The notes beneath the pieces are model-generated. The model searched no databases. It worked only from the letters and a program-made list of their open reading frames with translations, and was not told the DNA's origin. From the sequence record SRR22947727_609: a stretch of 40,151 nt of DNA. One strand, 5' to 3'. Below are positions 8,543 through 18,829 of the stretch, piece by piece. Both the position numbers and the translations under genes were made by a program. Numbering within the stretch: position 1 is the first letter of the stretch; the number at the start of each line of letters is the position of its first letter.

Positions 8543-9449
8543 GCGGCACTGACCCTAACCAAAAATCGGCACAGAGTCCGGTCAAAATAAGAACACCGAT
8601 CCATTTGCTTTGATTGAACGCCTTAAAGCACTGCGTTGTATCCCGGTCTTTAATGAGCCAGAGGTGTCGTACAAACAGCAAACCGACGGCAAGGACGGCG
8701 GCGTAGTAGGGCACGCCGAGATCAAACGCGACACCGCAACACCAGAAGGCGATGACACAACAACACTGCAGGAGCCCGATAATACGCACATCGAGATGGC
8801 CAAATAAAATGGCCGTCGACTTAATGCCCACCGTTAAATCATCTTCTCGATCGACCATCGCATATTGCGTGTCATAGATCACGGTCCAGAGAAGATTGGC
8901 ACCAAATAACCACCATAGTGCGGTAGGGAGCGAACTCACGCTGGCGGCAAAAGCCATCGGAATACTCCATGAAAAGGCGAGCCCCAGCACAATTTGTGGC
9001 AGATGCGTGACCCGCTTCATCAGCGGATAGACCAATGCGAGCGCTAATCCGGCGATCGACAGCGTGATGGTGAGTGGATTGGTGAGCGCCACCAAGCCTA
9101 GGGCAATCAGCAGCAAGCCGACCAGTAAAAAAAGGGCTTCAGAGACGTTCAGCGCACCACTGACTAGCGGCCTCAATCGGGTTCTTTCGACGTGGCCGTC
9201 CAGATGACGATCGGCGAGATCATTGGCAACACAACCCGCGGATCGCATCACAATGGCGCCGGCGACAAAGAGGCAAAGCAGCTTCCAAGGTGGGTAACCC
9301 TGATTTGCCAGCACCACTCCCCACAAAGTAGGCGCTAAGAGTAGGAAAGTCCCGATAGGCTTATCAAACCGCGTGATTTCGATCACCGCACGCAGCTTGC
9401 CTGCATTTATCCCTGGGTCCGTGCCGAGAGAAGGGGGTGATTCAGCCAT
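8535..9449 (-). CDS. ubiA: 4-hydroxybenzoate polyprenyltransferase
   Basis: RFDKPIG, MRSAGCVANDLADRHLDGHVERT, YDTQYAMVDREDD, GIKSTA. Confidence 0.96.
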   Translation of the reverse strand: MAESPPSLGTDPGINAGKLRAVIEITRFDKPIGTFLLLAPTLWGVVLANQGYPPWKLLCLFVAGAIVMRSAGCVANDLADRHLDGHVERTRLRPLVSGALNVSEALFLLVGLLLIALGLVALTNPLTITLSIAGLALALVYPLMKRVTHLPQIVLGLAFSWSIPMAFAASVSSLPTALWWLFGANLLWTVIYDTQYAMVDREDDLTVGIKSTAILFGHLDVRIIGLLQCCCVIAFWCCGVAFDLGVPYYAAVLAVGLLFVRHLWLIKDRDTTQCFKAFNQSKWIGVLILTGLCADFWLGSVPLD

Positions 9450-9541
9450 TAACAGATATTCCGCTTTGAAGGTGAGCTAGTTTAGCGGCCTGAGCATAGC
9501 GATGCGACATCTACCTGAGTATGCCTGCCGACCCTGCCTGA

Positions 9542-11605
9542 CTAAACGCGCGCAAAATCGGCACGGGGGCCGGCCCAGCGAGTCATCAGTGCTTGCGCAC
9601 GAGGCAGGTCCTGTTGGTGCAATTGTTGCGCAATATTGTGCGCTGTCAGTAAGAGCGCTTCATGTTCGGGGAGTCTCGCTACCCGAAACTGCGCGAGACC
9701 GGTTTGCCGCGTGCCGAGCAGCTCTCCAGGTCCGCGTATGCGTAAATCTGCCTCCGCAATCACAAAGCCATCGTGAGTGTCCTGCATGACCTTCAGTCTT
9801 TCCTGTGCGGTCATTGATAGTGGTGGACGAAACAACAGTACGCAGTGACTCTCGATGGCGCCGCGGCCGACACGTCCTCTGAGTTGGTGCAGTTGTGCCA
9901 GCCCCAATCGCTCCGCATTATCGATAATCATCAGGCTGGCTTTGGGTACATCCACGCCGACTTCAACGACGGTTGTCGCCACGAGTAATTGCAGCGATCC
10001 CGCTTTAAACTGGGCCATCACATTGGCTTTATCGGCCGGCTTTAGCTTGCCGTGAACTAGGCCTATCGTCACATCTGGCAGGGCTGCCGCCAGGGTTTCT
10101 AGCGTCGCCGTTGCGGCCTCCATGTGTAGCGAGTCGCTTTCTTCGATGGCGGTACAGACCCAATACGCTTGTCGCCCATCACGGCAGGCGGCCCCAACCC
10201 GTTTAATGACGGCATCACGGCGATCATGATCAATTAAGGTCGTCGTCACAGGTGTGCGTCCGGGGGGGAGCTCATCAATGACTGAGCAATCGAGGTCCCC
10301 ATAAGCAACCATGGCGAGGGATCGTGGAATCGGGGTTGCCGTCAGTGCGAGCTGGTGAGGATGCTGCCCATCCGCGCCTTTATCAGCCAGCGCAAGGCGC
10401 TGGTGGACACCAAATCGATGTTGTTCGTCGACAACGATTAACCCAAGACGTTGAAATTGGACGTCTTCCTGAAATAAGGCGTGCGTCCCGACCACGACGG
10501 TCGCCTCGCCGTTAGCGAGTTGTTGTAATACCTCAGCACGGGCCCGCCCCTTAATGCGGCCGCTTAACCAGGCAACCGGCTTTCCCAGGGGCGCGAACCA
10601 CGATTGTAGGGTTGAAAAATGCTGTTCGGCTAGCAACTCAGTGGGTGCCATGAAGGCCACTTGGTAGCCTGACGCGATGGTGTCGAGCGCTGCTTTTGCA
10701 GCAACTAAGGTCTTACCTGACCCGACATCGCCCTGCACTAAACGTAACATAGGGTGATTTTGAGCCAGGTCGTGACTGAGGTCTTCCCCAACACGAATTT
10801 GCGCGTCAGTTGGGCTAAAAGGCAACGACGTAAAAAGTGCTTGCGATAAAGAGGAATCTCTTCCGATGACCGGCGCAATAAATCGCCGTTCGTTATCGCG
10901 CACCCCTAACACGGACACTTGGTGGGCGATGAGTTCCTCGAGTGCTAGCCTGATTTGTGCTCGGTGTGTCCCCTTCTGAATTTGCTCAAGCGATGCAGAG
11001 GGCGGAGGATTATGGAGAAACGAAATGGCCTCTGGCAAGGTAATGGTATCTTCAGTGACCCCGGCTAACAGATCGTCTGGTGGGCTTTTGGTGAGCAATG
11101 CCACTGCTTGACCACAGAGTTTTCGCCAAGTGTTCTGTCCGAGTCCACTGACAGTCGGATACACCGGCGTGAGTGCTGGCTCCAACAAATTGGCTTCGTC
11201 GCCCAGCCTATATTCTGGATGAACCATTTCCACTTTGCCCGCTAGTCTGCGCGGCGTGCCAAAAAGTGTGACCCGTCCCCCTGTTTTGAACTGTGCGACC
11301 TGTGTTTGCCGAAAATGGAAAAAGCGGACCGTGATCAACCCGCTGTCATCACCGATTTGAACCACCAGCGTGCGGCGACGCCCCATTGTGACGGCAGCGC
11401 CTTTGATGTCCCCTTGTACGACCGCATCGACTTGATCAGTGAGTGCACCGATGGGTGTGACGCGAGTGCGGTCTTGATACCGAAGCGGAAAATGAAACAG
11501 CAGATCTTCCAAGGAATAGATGCCAATTTCAGACAGACGTAATCTCAATTTCTCGCCGACACCACGCAGCGTCGTTACGGAATGATGCAAAATGGTTTGG
11601 CTCAA
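9542..11605 (-). CDS. recG: ATP-dependent DNA helicase RecG (TTG start)
   Basis: QGDVGSGKT, MAPTELLAEQH, VDEQHRFGV, TATPIPRSL, QLHQLRGRVGRG, DLRIRGPGE. Confidence 0.97.
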   Translation of the reverse strand: MSQTILHHSVTTLRGVGEKLRLRLSEIGIYSLEDLLFHFPLRYQDRTRVTPIGALTDQVDAVVQGDIKGAAVTMGRRRTLVVQIGDDSGLITVRFFHFRQTQVAQFKTGGRVTLFGTPRRLAGKVEMVHPEYRLGDEANLLEPALTPVYPTVSGLGQNTWRKLCGQAVALLTKSPPDDLLAGVTEDTITLPEAISFLHNPPPSASLEQIQKGTHRAQIRLALEELIAHQVSVLGVRDNERRFIAPVIGRDSSLSQALFTSLPFSPTDAQIRVGEDLSHDLAQNHPMLRLVQGDVGSGKTLVAAKAALDTIASGYQVAFMAPTELLAEQHFSTLQSWFAPLGKPVAWLSGRIKGRARAEVLQQLANGEATVVVGTHALFQEDVQFQRLGLIVVDEQHRFGVHQRLALADKGADGQHPHQLALTATPIPRSLAMVAYGDLDCSVIDELPPGRTPVTTTLIDHDRRDAVIKRVGAACRDGRQAYWVCTAIEESDSLHMEAATATLETLAAALPDVTIGLVHGKLKPADKANVMAQFKAGSLQLLVATTVVEVGVDVPKASLMIIDNAERLGLAQLHQLRGRVGRGAIESHCVLLFRPPLSMTAQERLKVMQDTHDGFVIAEADLRIRGPGELLGTRQTGLAQFRVARLPEHEALLLTAHNIAQQLHQQDLPRAQALMTRWAGPRADFARV

Positions 11606-11676
11606 AGGTGTCTCGATACCCTGCTGTCTCTGCCAGGGTGTTATCTTAGCGATTCTTAGATGAGGCTGCGCACTTT

Positions 11677-12507
11677 ATGCACCTGCTTATCCTTGGATGT
11701 GGCGACATTGGTACCCGAGTGGGATTGTCTATGAAGGAGGCCGGTTGGCGGGTGTCGGCTGCCCGCCGGGACACCGGCAAGTTATCCGAGGATTTTGATC
11801 GCTATCAGCTCGACTTCACAGACCCCGATTCTATGGCCGCGCTACCGGTGCGCGAGGTCGATTACATTCTGATCACGCCAACCCCCCCGTCTTATGGCCC
11901 AGAGGGGTATCACAGGGGCTTTACCGAGGCCGCTACGTTATTGGCAGCACAACCTTGGTTGTCGGCGTGTCGTCGCGTTATCTGGGTGTCATCGACCCGG
12001 GTTTATCGAGAGGCGGCGGGTGGTTGGGTGGATGAACACTCTCCCTTGAACGTGAGTGAGCCACAAGCGCGTGCAATGGTGGCAGCAGAGGCGGTGATCC
12101 GCCGCGCGCGAACCACCACCGTGATTCGCCCTGCTGGCGTTTACGGCGACCCACACGGCATGTTGATTCGACGGGTACTCTCGGGTCAAGGAGGGGCGGC
12201 AGGATCCGCCTTTGGTAATCGTATTCATCGGGAAGATTTAGCGCGATTAATTACGCACTGTTTGCATCTAGATGAACAAGGTCAGGCAGTGCCGCCCACT
12301 TTGGTAGCGGCGGATGAGGATACGACGCCCACCCATGAGGTCGAGCGATGGCTGGCGCAAAAATTGGGCGTGACCCTCAGTGAAGCACCTCAACAGGCGA
12401 TCTCGAGAGCGAATCGCCAGTGTCGAAGTGCCTTACTCAAGGAAATCGGTTTCACACTCACCTATCCCTCATGGCGCGAAGGTTATGCAGCGGCCATCAA
12501 CGCATAA
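11677..12507 (+). CDS. NAD-dependent epimerase/dehydratase (atypical SDR)
   Basis: GCGDIG Rossmann motif, VSSTRVY, RPAGVYG, NRIHREDLA, YPSWREG. Confidence 0.88.
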   Translation: MHLLILGCGDIGTRVGLSMKEAGWRVSAARRDTGKLSEDFDRYQLDFTDPDSMAALPVREVDYILITPTPPSYGPEGYHRGFTEAATLLAAQPWLSACRRVIWVSSTRVYREAAGGWVDEHSPLNVSEPQARAMVAAEAVIRRARTTTVIRPAGVYGDPHGMLIRRVLSGQGGAAGSAFGNRIHREDLARLITHCLHLDEQGQAVPPTLVAADEDTTPTHEVERWLAQKLGVTLSEAPQQAISRANRQCRSALLKEIGFTLTYPSWREGYAAAINA

Positions 12508-12528
12508 CTAGAGATAACCGCGGGTTCG

Positions 12529-12912
12529 TTACAGTGTGAGAATGGCTTCGATCTCAATGCGAGCGCCTTTCGGTAAGGCCGCCACTTGTACACACGCTCG
12601 CGCAGGGTAAGGCTCTGCAAGCTGTTGCGCCATGACGGCATTAACCGCATCAAAATCAGCAAGATCGGTAAGGGAAATATTAATTTTCACCGCATCATCG
12701 AGGGTACCCCCCGCTGCGGCGGCGACTGCAGCAAGGTTGGCAAACACCTGCTCGCTCTCCGCAGTAATATCGCCTGATACGAGCGCCATAGTATTCGGAT
12801 CGAGAGGGATTTGCCCGGATATCCATACGGTGTTGCCGACTTTGATGCCTTGTGAGTAGGGTCCTATTGCTTGCGGTGCGGATGGGGTGGTGATGATGGC
12901 TCGGTTCGACAC
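12529..12912 (-). CDS. RidA/YjgF family imine deaminase
   Basis: APQAIGPYSQ, SGQIPLDP, PYPARACVQVAALPKG, IEIEA; GTG start with AGGAGG RBS. Confidence 0.94.
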   Translation of the reverse strand: MSNRAIITTPSAPQAIGPYSQGIKVGNTVWISGQIPLDPNTMALVSGDITAESEQVFANLAAVAAAAGGTLDDAVKINISLTDLADFDAVNAVMAQQLAEPYPARACVQVAALPKGARIEIEAILTL

Positions 12913-13018
12913 GGCAGCCTCCTAATCATGAACGGTTATCTTTATTGAATAACGAAGCTGCCAGCGGCGCAAGATCGAAGCGCTGCGATCAACAGCGGAG
13001 GGGCGCTTGATTCAGGCG

Positions 13019-15238
13019 CTATCGCCGTGCGCTGCGCGTCACTTTGAGCACACCCTCGATGGTCCTGATGCGCTTCATCACTCTCGCTAAATGAATACGG
13101 CTGCTGACCTGCAACTCTAAATCGACAAAGGTGAACTGAATATCTTTGTTCTGCGTCGCAATGCGCTCGATATTGAGTCCAATACTGTTTAGCCGCGTGG
13201 CTAGTACGGCAATCATGCCACGCCGATTTTCCACCTGCACCCGAAGGCCGACGGGGTAACTACGGTCGATATCCTCATCCCAGTGTAATGACATGAGTCG
13301 ATCGCGTTGTTCTCTCAGGTCGACTAAGTTGCGGCAACTATCGCGGTGGACGACTAGCCCTCGCTCTTGCCCTAAGTATCCTTGAATGGCATCTCCCGGT
13401 AAGGGGCAGCAGCACTTTGCATACGCCACGCCCACGCCTTCTGTCCCGCGGATGCCGAGTGTGGCGCCCTCACCACTGACTGCGGCCTCATCGTAGCGAT
13501 TGGTTAGGTGGGCGACCGCAATATGGGGCAGCGTATTACCCAATGCGACGTCGACCACTAATGCGTCGACATCCGCTTTGCCGAGTGCTGTCAAGGCGGT
13601 CTGCATCACCTCGTCATCAATGGCACTGAGCCGCGTGTCGTGGGCCATGAGCGCGCGATCGAGCAGGTTTTTACCGAGCGCGAGGGAGTCATCGCGCCGT
13701 TGATCTTTCAAAAAATGCCGGATGTGGGTGCGAGCGCGGGCAGTGACGACCCAATTAAGCCACGAGGGGCTGGGCCTGCCGGTCGGTGAGGTGACAATTT
13801 CAACCGTCGCACCACTTTCCAACGGTTCCGATAGGGGGACCAACTGCTTACTGACTCTCGCGGCAACGCAGTGGTTGCCGATATCAGTATGGACGGCGTA
13901 GGCAAAGTCGATACCACACGACCCTTTTGGCAGTTCCAAAATGTCGCCGCGCGGTGTGAAGACATAGACCTCGTCGGGGAACAGATCGATCTTTACATTC
14001 TCGATAAACTCCAGCGAGTCGCCCGCCCGTTGCTGCATTTCGAGTAGACCCTGTACCCACTCTCGTGCTCGGGTATGCGAGATGCTGCTGCTGCCCTCTT
14101 CGCTCTTATAGAGCCAGTGAGCCGCGATCCCATTATTCGCCATATCTTCCATTTCGTGAGTGCGAATTTGAATTTCGATCGGCACGCCGTGCATGCCCTT
14201 TAAAACGGTATGCAGCGATTGGTAGCCATTGGCTTTGGGTATCGCAATATAATCCTTAAATTCACCGGGAACGGGTTTATAGAGGCTATGGACCATGCCT
14301 AATGCGCGATAGCAGTCATCAACGGAGTCGACGATGAGACGAAAGGCAAAGATATCCATCACCTCAGCAAAGGATTTGCGCTTCGCTTTCATTTTTTGAT
14401 AGATGCTATAGAGGTGTTTTTCGCGGCCGACAACGGTTGCGCTCAATTGTTCACGCTCGAGTGTTTGGCTCAGTTGCCCACGAATTTGTTCGATGAGCTG
14501 CTTCCGGTTGCCGCTGGCTGCCCGACGCGCCGCTTCAAGCCTTCTTGCGCGCATGGGGTAGAGGGCTTTGAGTCCTAAGTCTTCAAACTCCAGGCGGATC
14601 TCATTCATTCCCAGGCGCATTGCAATGGGGGCATAAATATCGAGTGTTTCGGTTGCGATGCGCTTTATTTTCTCAAGATTCAACACCCCGAGGGTACGCA
14701 TATTGTGGAGTCGGTCAGCCAGTTTGACGAGAATGACACGAATATCTTTGGCCATCGCCAAAGTCATTTTCTGAAAGTTTTCAGCTTGTCTTTGCTCTAC
14801 CGAGTCGAACTCCACATGGGTCAATTTACTCACGCCGTCCACTAAATCAGCGACATCGGTACCAAACTGCGCACCAATATCTTGCTTGGTGACGCCGGTA
14901 TCCTCTATCACGTCGTGGAGCAGTGCGGCCATCAAACTTTGCGGATCCATGTGCATGCGCGCCAGAATGCAAGCGACTGCGAGGGGGTGCGTGACATAAG
15001 GCTCACCGCTGCGCCGTGTTTGCCCGTAATGGGCCTGCTCAGAGTAGTAGTAGGCGCGCCGGACCAGCTTCACCTGTTCTAGCGGCAAATAGTCGGCGAT
15101 TAATTGCTCAAATGCGGCCAGTGAACTATGGCCAGCGTGTCCTGTGCGAGCACTGAGCGGTAGTTTGCCTCGGGGGGCTAGATAAGAAGCGGGCCCGAGG
15201 AGCGGTCTACTGAGCGTTTGGCGCGTGATGGCTACCAT
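13019..15238 (-). CDS. spoT: Bifunctional (p)ppGpp synthetase/hydrolase SpoT
   Basis: HD motif LLHDVIED, LVKLADRLHNMRTL, KDYIAIPKANGYQSLHT, TGS and ACT domains; follows rpoZ. Confidence 0.97.
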   Translation of the reverse strand: MVAITRQTLSRPLLGPASYLAPRGKLPLSARTGHAGHSSLAAFEQLIADYLPLEQVKLVRRAYYYSEQAHYGQTRRSGEPYVTHPLAVACILARMHMDPQSLMAALLHDVIEDTGVTKQDIGAQFGTDVADLVDGVSKLTHVEFDSVEQRQAENFQKMTLAMAKDIRVILVKLADRLHNMRTLGVLNLEKIKRIATETLDIYAPIAMRLGMNEIRLEFEDLGLKALYPMRARRLEAARRAASGNRKQLIEQIRGQLSQTLEREQLSATVVGREKHLYSIYQKMKAKRKSFAEVMDIFAFRLIVDSVDDCYRALGMVHSLYKPVPGEFKDYIAIPKANGYQSLHTVLKGMHGVPIEIQIRTHEMEDMANNGIAAHWLYKSEEGSSSISHTRAREWVQGLLEMQQRAGDSLEFIENVKIDLFPDEVYVFTPRGDILELPKGSCGIDFAYAVHTDIGNHCVAARVSKQLVPLSEPLESGATVEIVTSPTGRPSPSWLNWVVTARARTHIRHFLKDQRRDDSLALGKNLLDRALMAHDTRLSAIDDEVMQTALTALGKADVDALVVDVALGNTLPHIAVAHLTNRYDEAAVSGEGATLGIRGTEGVGVAYAKCCCPLPGDAIQGYLGQERGLVVHRDSCRNLVDLREQRDRLMSLHWDEDIDRSYPVGLRVQVENRRGMIAVLATRLNSIGLNIERIATQNKDIQFTFVDLELQVSSRIHLARVMKRIRTIEGVLKVTRSARR

Positions 15239-15256
15239 CGCTAGCGACCTCCCAAA

Positions 15257-15514
15257 TTAGAGAATCGGCGTCTCAAACGTGGCGGCGAGCTCTTCTTCTG
15301 CCTCGATCTCACTCTCGCGAGCCAATATTTCGGGCGTAATGAGTCCGTCTGCAATTTCGCGCAGCGCAATAACAGTGGCCTTGTCTGATTCGTCTTCTAC
15401 CAATGGATCACGACCGCCGGTGGCGAGTTGCCGCGCTCGTTTAGAGGCAAGCATGACGAGTTCAAATCGGTTTTCGACGTTATCGAGACAATCTTCTACG
15501 GTTATTCTGGCCAT
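15257..15514 (-). CDS. rpoZ: RNA polymerase omega subunit
   Basis: [28 protein letters not shown]. Confidence 0.98.
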   Translation of the reverse strand: MARITVEDCLDNVENRFELVMLASKRARQLATGGRDPLVEDESDKATVIALREIADGLITPEILARESEIEAEEELAATFETPIL

Positions 15515-15560
15515 GACAGCGTGCTCTCCTGATCTACGCCGCGATAAAACGCGGCCGCGC

Positions 15561-15566
15561 AGTATA
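15561..15566 (-). promoter_or_regulatory. Candidate -10 hexamer of an internal rpoZ-spoT promoter
   Basis: Minus-strand TATACT followed by GC-rich GCGCGGCCGC; no convincing -35. Confidence 0.4.
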
Positions 15567-15618
15567 CCCTAGCTAAGGCGTGCGAACCCACTGTTGAGTG
15601 TAAATTTGCCAACATGCC

Positions 15619-16272
15619 TCACAGTTTGGCCGTTTCAGGGGTCAATAAATCGCTCAATAATGCCGTGTGTGCTGCCTGTTGGCGTCCCGTGCGCAATCTT
15701 AATGCGCTGATGATGGCTTGAAGCTCGATGAGTGCGGTGTCAAAGACATCATTGATGACGAGGTAGTCTGCCTCATAGCAGTGTGACATTTCGTCTTGGG
15801 CCGCCCGCATGCGGAGATCAATGGTGGCATCAGTATCTTGGCCTCGCCCACGTAATCGCGTTTTGAGAGACGCCACCGAGGGAGGCAAGATAAAGATCCA
15901 TGCGCTGTCGGGTAATATGCTTCGGACCTGTTGAGCCCCTTGCCAATCGATTTCTAAAATGACATCCGCACCTTGCGCAAGGCGCGCGTCCAATTGCGCC
16001 GTACTGGTGCCGTAACCATGCCCAAATACCTCAGCCGACTCGAAAAATGCGCCGTCGTCCTGCATCGTTTGGAATGTCTCAGGTGGCACAAAAAAATAGT
16101 TAACACCCTCTAGTTCGCCAGGGCGCTGGGGGCGCGTCGTGTGCGAAACAGACACTTCGATACGACGATCATTTTCTATGAGCGCTCGAATCAAAGAGGT
16201 TTTTCCGGCGCCACTGGGCGCCGAAATAATCAGTAATTGGCCTCGCGAAATCCTATTATTCATGCGTGTCAT
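15619..16272 (-). CDS. gmk: Guanylate kinase
   Basis: SAPSGAGKTS, SVSHTTR, GVNYFF, YGTS, LEIDWQGA. Confidence 0.97.
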   Translation of the reverse strand: MTRMNNRISRGQLLIISAPSGAGKTSLIRALIENDRRIEVSVSHTTRPQRPGELEGVNYFFVPPETFQTMQDDGAFFESAEVFGHGYGTSTAQLDARLAQGADVILEIDWQGAQQVRSILPDSAWIFILPPSVASLKTRLRGRGQDTDATIDLRMRAAQDEMSHCYEADYLVINDVFDTALIELQAIISALRLRTGRQQAAHTALLSDLLTPETAKL

Positions 16273-17136
16273 CTACTCGATATTCTGAATTTGCTCGCGC
16301 ATCTGCTCAATTAATACTTTGAACTCTACGGCGGTGTTAGTGGTATCTAAAGCGGTTGATTTGGAACCGAGCGTATTGGCCTCACGATTGAGCTCTTGCA
16401 TTAAAAAATCGAGTTTTCGGCCGCAAGGCACTTTTCCCATTAGCGCCTCGTTAATGGCGTCTAAGTGAGCACCGAGACGGTCCATTTCTTCCTCTACGTC
16501 GGCACGCTGCAGGACGTAGACAATTTCTTCTTCTAATCGCACTGGGTCTGCGGTGAGGTCTAACGAGGCCATCCGCGCAAGTAGCTTTTCCCGATGGGAC
16601 CGCTGCAGCGCTGGCAATTGTTGCCGCAGTGAATGGAGCAGCGCCCTGATGAGCTCTCCACGTTCTAACACCATGGCGGCTAGTTTTGCACCTTCTTCTC
16701 GGCGATGCTGTGACAGGCTTGCGAGGCACTGCTTGAGTGCGGTTGTCGTCGCTGACATAAGCACTGCGACCGCTACTGTGCGTTCGCTCAGCACACCGGG
16801 TGCTTGTAATAAGGCCAGTTGGCTCGGCGCCACGGCGTCAGGAAAGTGCGTCGAAATGTGGTTCAGGGCCGCTTGCAATGTGTTCAGTCGATCGGTGTCC
16901 AATGCTGCTTCGGTCGTTGCTTTGTTTTGCTGGTATTGGATGGCTAGGTCGAGTTTGCCGCGCGAAACAGCCTGACTGATCTGTGCCCGCATTTGCGGCT
17001 CAAATTCGCGCAACGTCTCAGGCATGCGAAAGTGCAGATCGAGGTAACGATTATTGACCGAACGGCACTCCACAGTGACCGTTAAGTCTTCGGTTGTTAC
17101 ACTCGCCCGGGCAAAGCCCGTCATACTCTGAGTCAC
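16273..17136 (-). CDS. yicC: YicC/YloC family endoribonuclease
   Basis: SMTGF, RSVNNRYLD, RGKLD, GRKLDFLMQELNREANTLGSK, EQMREQIQNIE; start reassigned to GTG 17136 with GGAG RBS. Confidence 0.95.
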   Translation of the reverse strand: MTQSMTGFARASVTTEDLTVTVECRSVNNRYLDLHFRMPETLREFEPQMRAQISQAVSRGKLDLAIQYQQNKATTEAALDTDRLNTLQAALNHISTHFPDAVAPSQLALLQAPGVLSERTVAVAVLMSATTTALKQCLASLSQHRREEGAKLAAMVLERGELIRALLHSLRQQLPALQRSHREKLLARMASLDLTADPVRLEEEIVYVLQRADVEEEMDRLGAHLDAINEALMGKVPCGRKLDFLMQELNREANTLGSKSTALDTTNTAVEFKVLIEQMREQIQNIE

Positions 17137-17218
17137 CGCACTGCTCCCGCTATGGACGCAGTGAAGTGTAACAGTAGCCGGGGGGTTGTTAACTGTTACT
17201 GAGACCGGGAGACCCGCC

Positions 17219-17953
17219 ATGGCGGCAACATCTGATCGACCTAGTGGTCGAGCACCTAACGCAATGCGTCCAATACATTTTGAGCGGGGGTATACCTGCC
17301 ATGCTGAGGGCTCTGTGCTCGTGTGTTTTGGGCAAACTAAAGTGATCTGCACTGCTAGCGTGACGGCAGGCGTTCCTCGGTTTTTACGTGGCAAGGGCGA
17401 AGGGTGGCTGACCGCAGAATACGGTATGTTGCCGCGGTCCACCGGCTCACGAATGGACCGGGAAGCTGCGCGTGGTAAGCAGGGGGGTCGGACGGTGGAG
17501 ATTCAGCGACTGATCGGCCGTTCTCTGCGCGCCGCGCTGGATCTTAAGTTATTGGGCGAGCGCACCATCACGGTTGACTGCGATGTGATTCAAGCGGATG
17601 GCGGCACTCGGACGGCCGCGATTTCAGGGGCCTGCGTTGCCGTCGTGGATGCGCTCAATGGCCTTCAGCGATCTGGAGAGCTATCCGTTGATCCATTAAA
17701 ACACCTTGTTAGTGCTGTTTCAGTGGGGGTCTGGCGGGGTATTCCGGTGGTAGACCTAGATTATGCCGAGGACTCGCGGGCTGACAGTGACATGAACGTG
17801 GTGCTCACAGAAAGTGGCGGATTGGTTGAGGTACAGGGCACGGCCGAAGGGGCCACTTTCACGCAAGAGGAGTTGGCAGAATTGCTGCGGCTTGCCACTG
17901 CTGCGGGGGCAGAGATTAACGCCGCACAGCGAGAGGCACTGAGCACAGGTTAA
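17219..17953 (+). CDS. rph: Ribonuclease PH
   Basis: [47 protein letters not shown]; start reassigned to ATG 17219. Confidence 0.97.
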   Translation: MAATSDRPSGRAPNAMRPIHFERGYTCHAEGSVLVCFGQTKVICTASVTAGVPRFLRGKGEGWLTAEYGMLPRSTGSRMDREAARGKQGGRTVEIQRLIGRSLRAALDLKLLGERTITVDCDVIQADGGTRTAAISGACVAVVDALNGLQRSGELSVDPLKHLVSAVSVGVWRGIPVVDLDYAEDSRADSDMNVVLTESGGLVEVQGTAEGATFTQEELAELLRLATAAGAEINAAQREALSTG

Positions 17954-18711
17954 AGCGTGATGTCGTAGTCGATGACGACCGGCGCATGGTGCGAAAATAC
18001 CTGTGCGTCGTAGATATGGACTTTTTTGACCGCACTTACGAGGAGCTCAGAGATAATGTGCGTATCGGTTCGCATGCCTCCCAACTCATCGCCATGAGGC
18101 CACCAGGTGAGGGCGTCGGGCTCACCGTCGACCACTCTAAACGCATCGGCGTAGCCGGAATCGTAAAGATCTAGTAACCAGCCTCGTTCGTTGGGCGACA
18201 GCCCTGGGATAACCCCGGTATTGCCGACATCCTCCGCGTCAGCGTGATGTGCCATCAGCTCCCACCCGCCGCAAAGTATGTAGCCGCGACGTTTTTGCCG
18301 TACTTTTTCTAGATGACTGCTTAACTGATTCAGAAAGGCGAGCTTAGCCGTCATCGCTTGTTCGCCGCTGAGTGCGCTGGGGACTAAGACGGACCCGATG
18401 CTCACTTGGTCATAATCAGCCTGTATGTAGAGCCCCTGAGCATCAAACTGCTCAAACCCTAAGCCCCATATAATCGCCTTGGGGATTTTTTTGCAGTAGA
18501 TGGCGACACCATTAAGCCGAGCATCTTCAAAATGATCGAGAAAATAAGGGTGGTAATGCGCTGGGAAAAAGCGGTCTCCACTCAACGAATATTCAGAGCA
18601 ACGCGTGTCCTGTAGGCAGATAATGTCCGCGTCCTGCGTCCACAACCAGTCAAGGCAACCGGCCTCCGCCGCACGTTCGAGCCCCTCGACGACGAGGCTG
18701 ATAATTCTCAT
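17950..18711 (-). CDS. crc: Crc-like catabolite repression control protein (exonuclease III fold, degenerate active site)
   Basis: [60 protein letters not shown] parallel Pseudomonas Crc as I recall it; same rph-crc-pyrE position. Confidence 0.8.
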   Translation of the reverse strand: MRIISLVVEGLERAAEAGCLDWLWTQDADIICLQDTRCSEYSLSGDRFFPAHYHPYFLDHFEDARLNGVAIYCKKIPKAIIWGLGFEQFDAQGLYIQADYDQVSIGSVLVPSALSGEQAMTAKLAFLNQLSSHLEKVRQKRRGYILCGGWELMAHHADAEDVGNTGVIPGLSPNERGWLLDLYDSGYADAFRVVDGEPDALTWWPHGDELGGMRTDTHIISELLVSAVKKVHIYDAQVFSHHAPVVIDYDITL

Positions 18712-18829
18712 TGCTAGTCCTGTTGGCTGAGTTCCAATAGTATACCTGCAAAGCTCCGCTCCAGACCTTAACTAAGTGCTGAATTCAGCTGGTGGGGCGC
18801 CTTGCATTGATAACAGTACGTTGGAGTGA

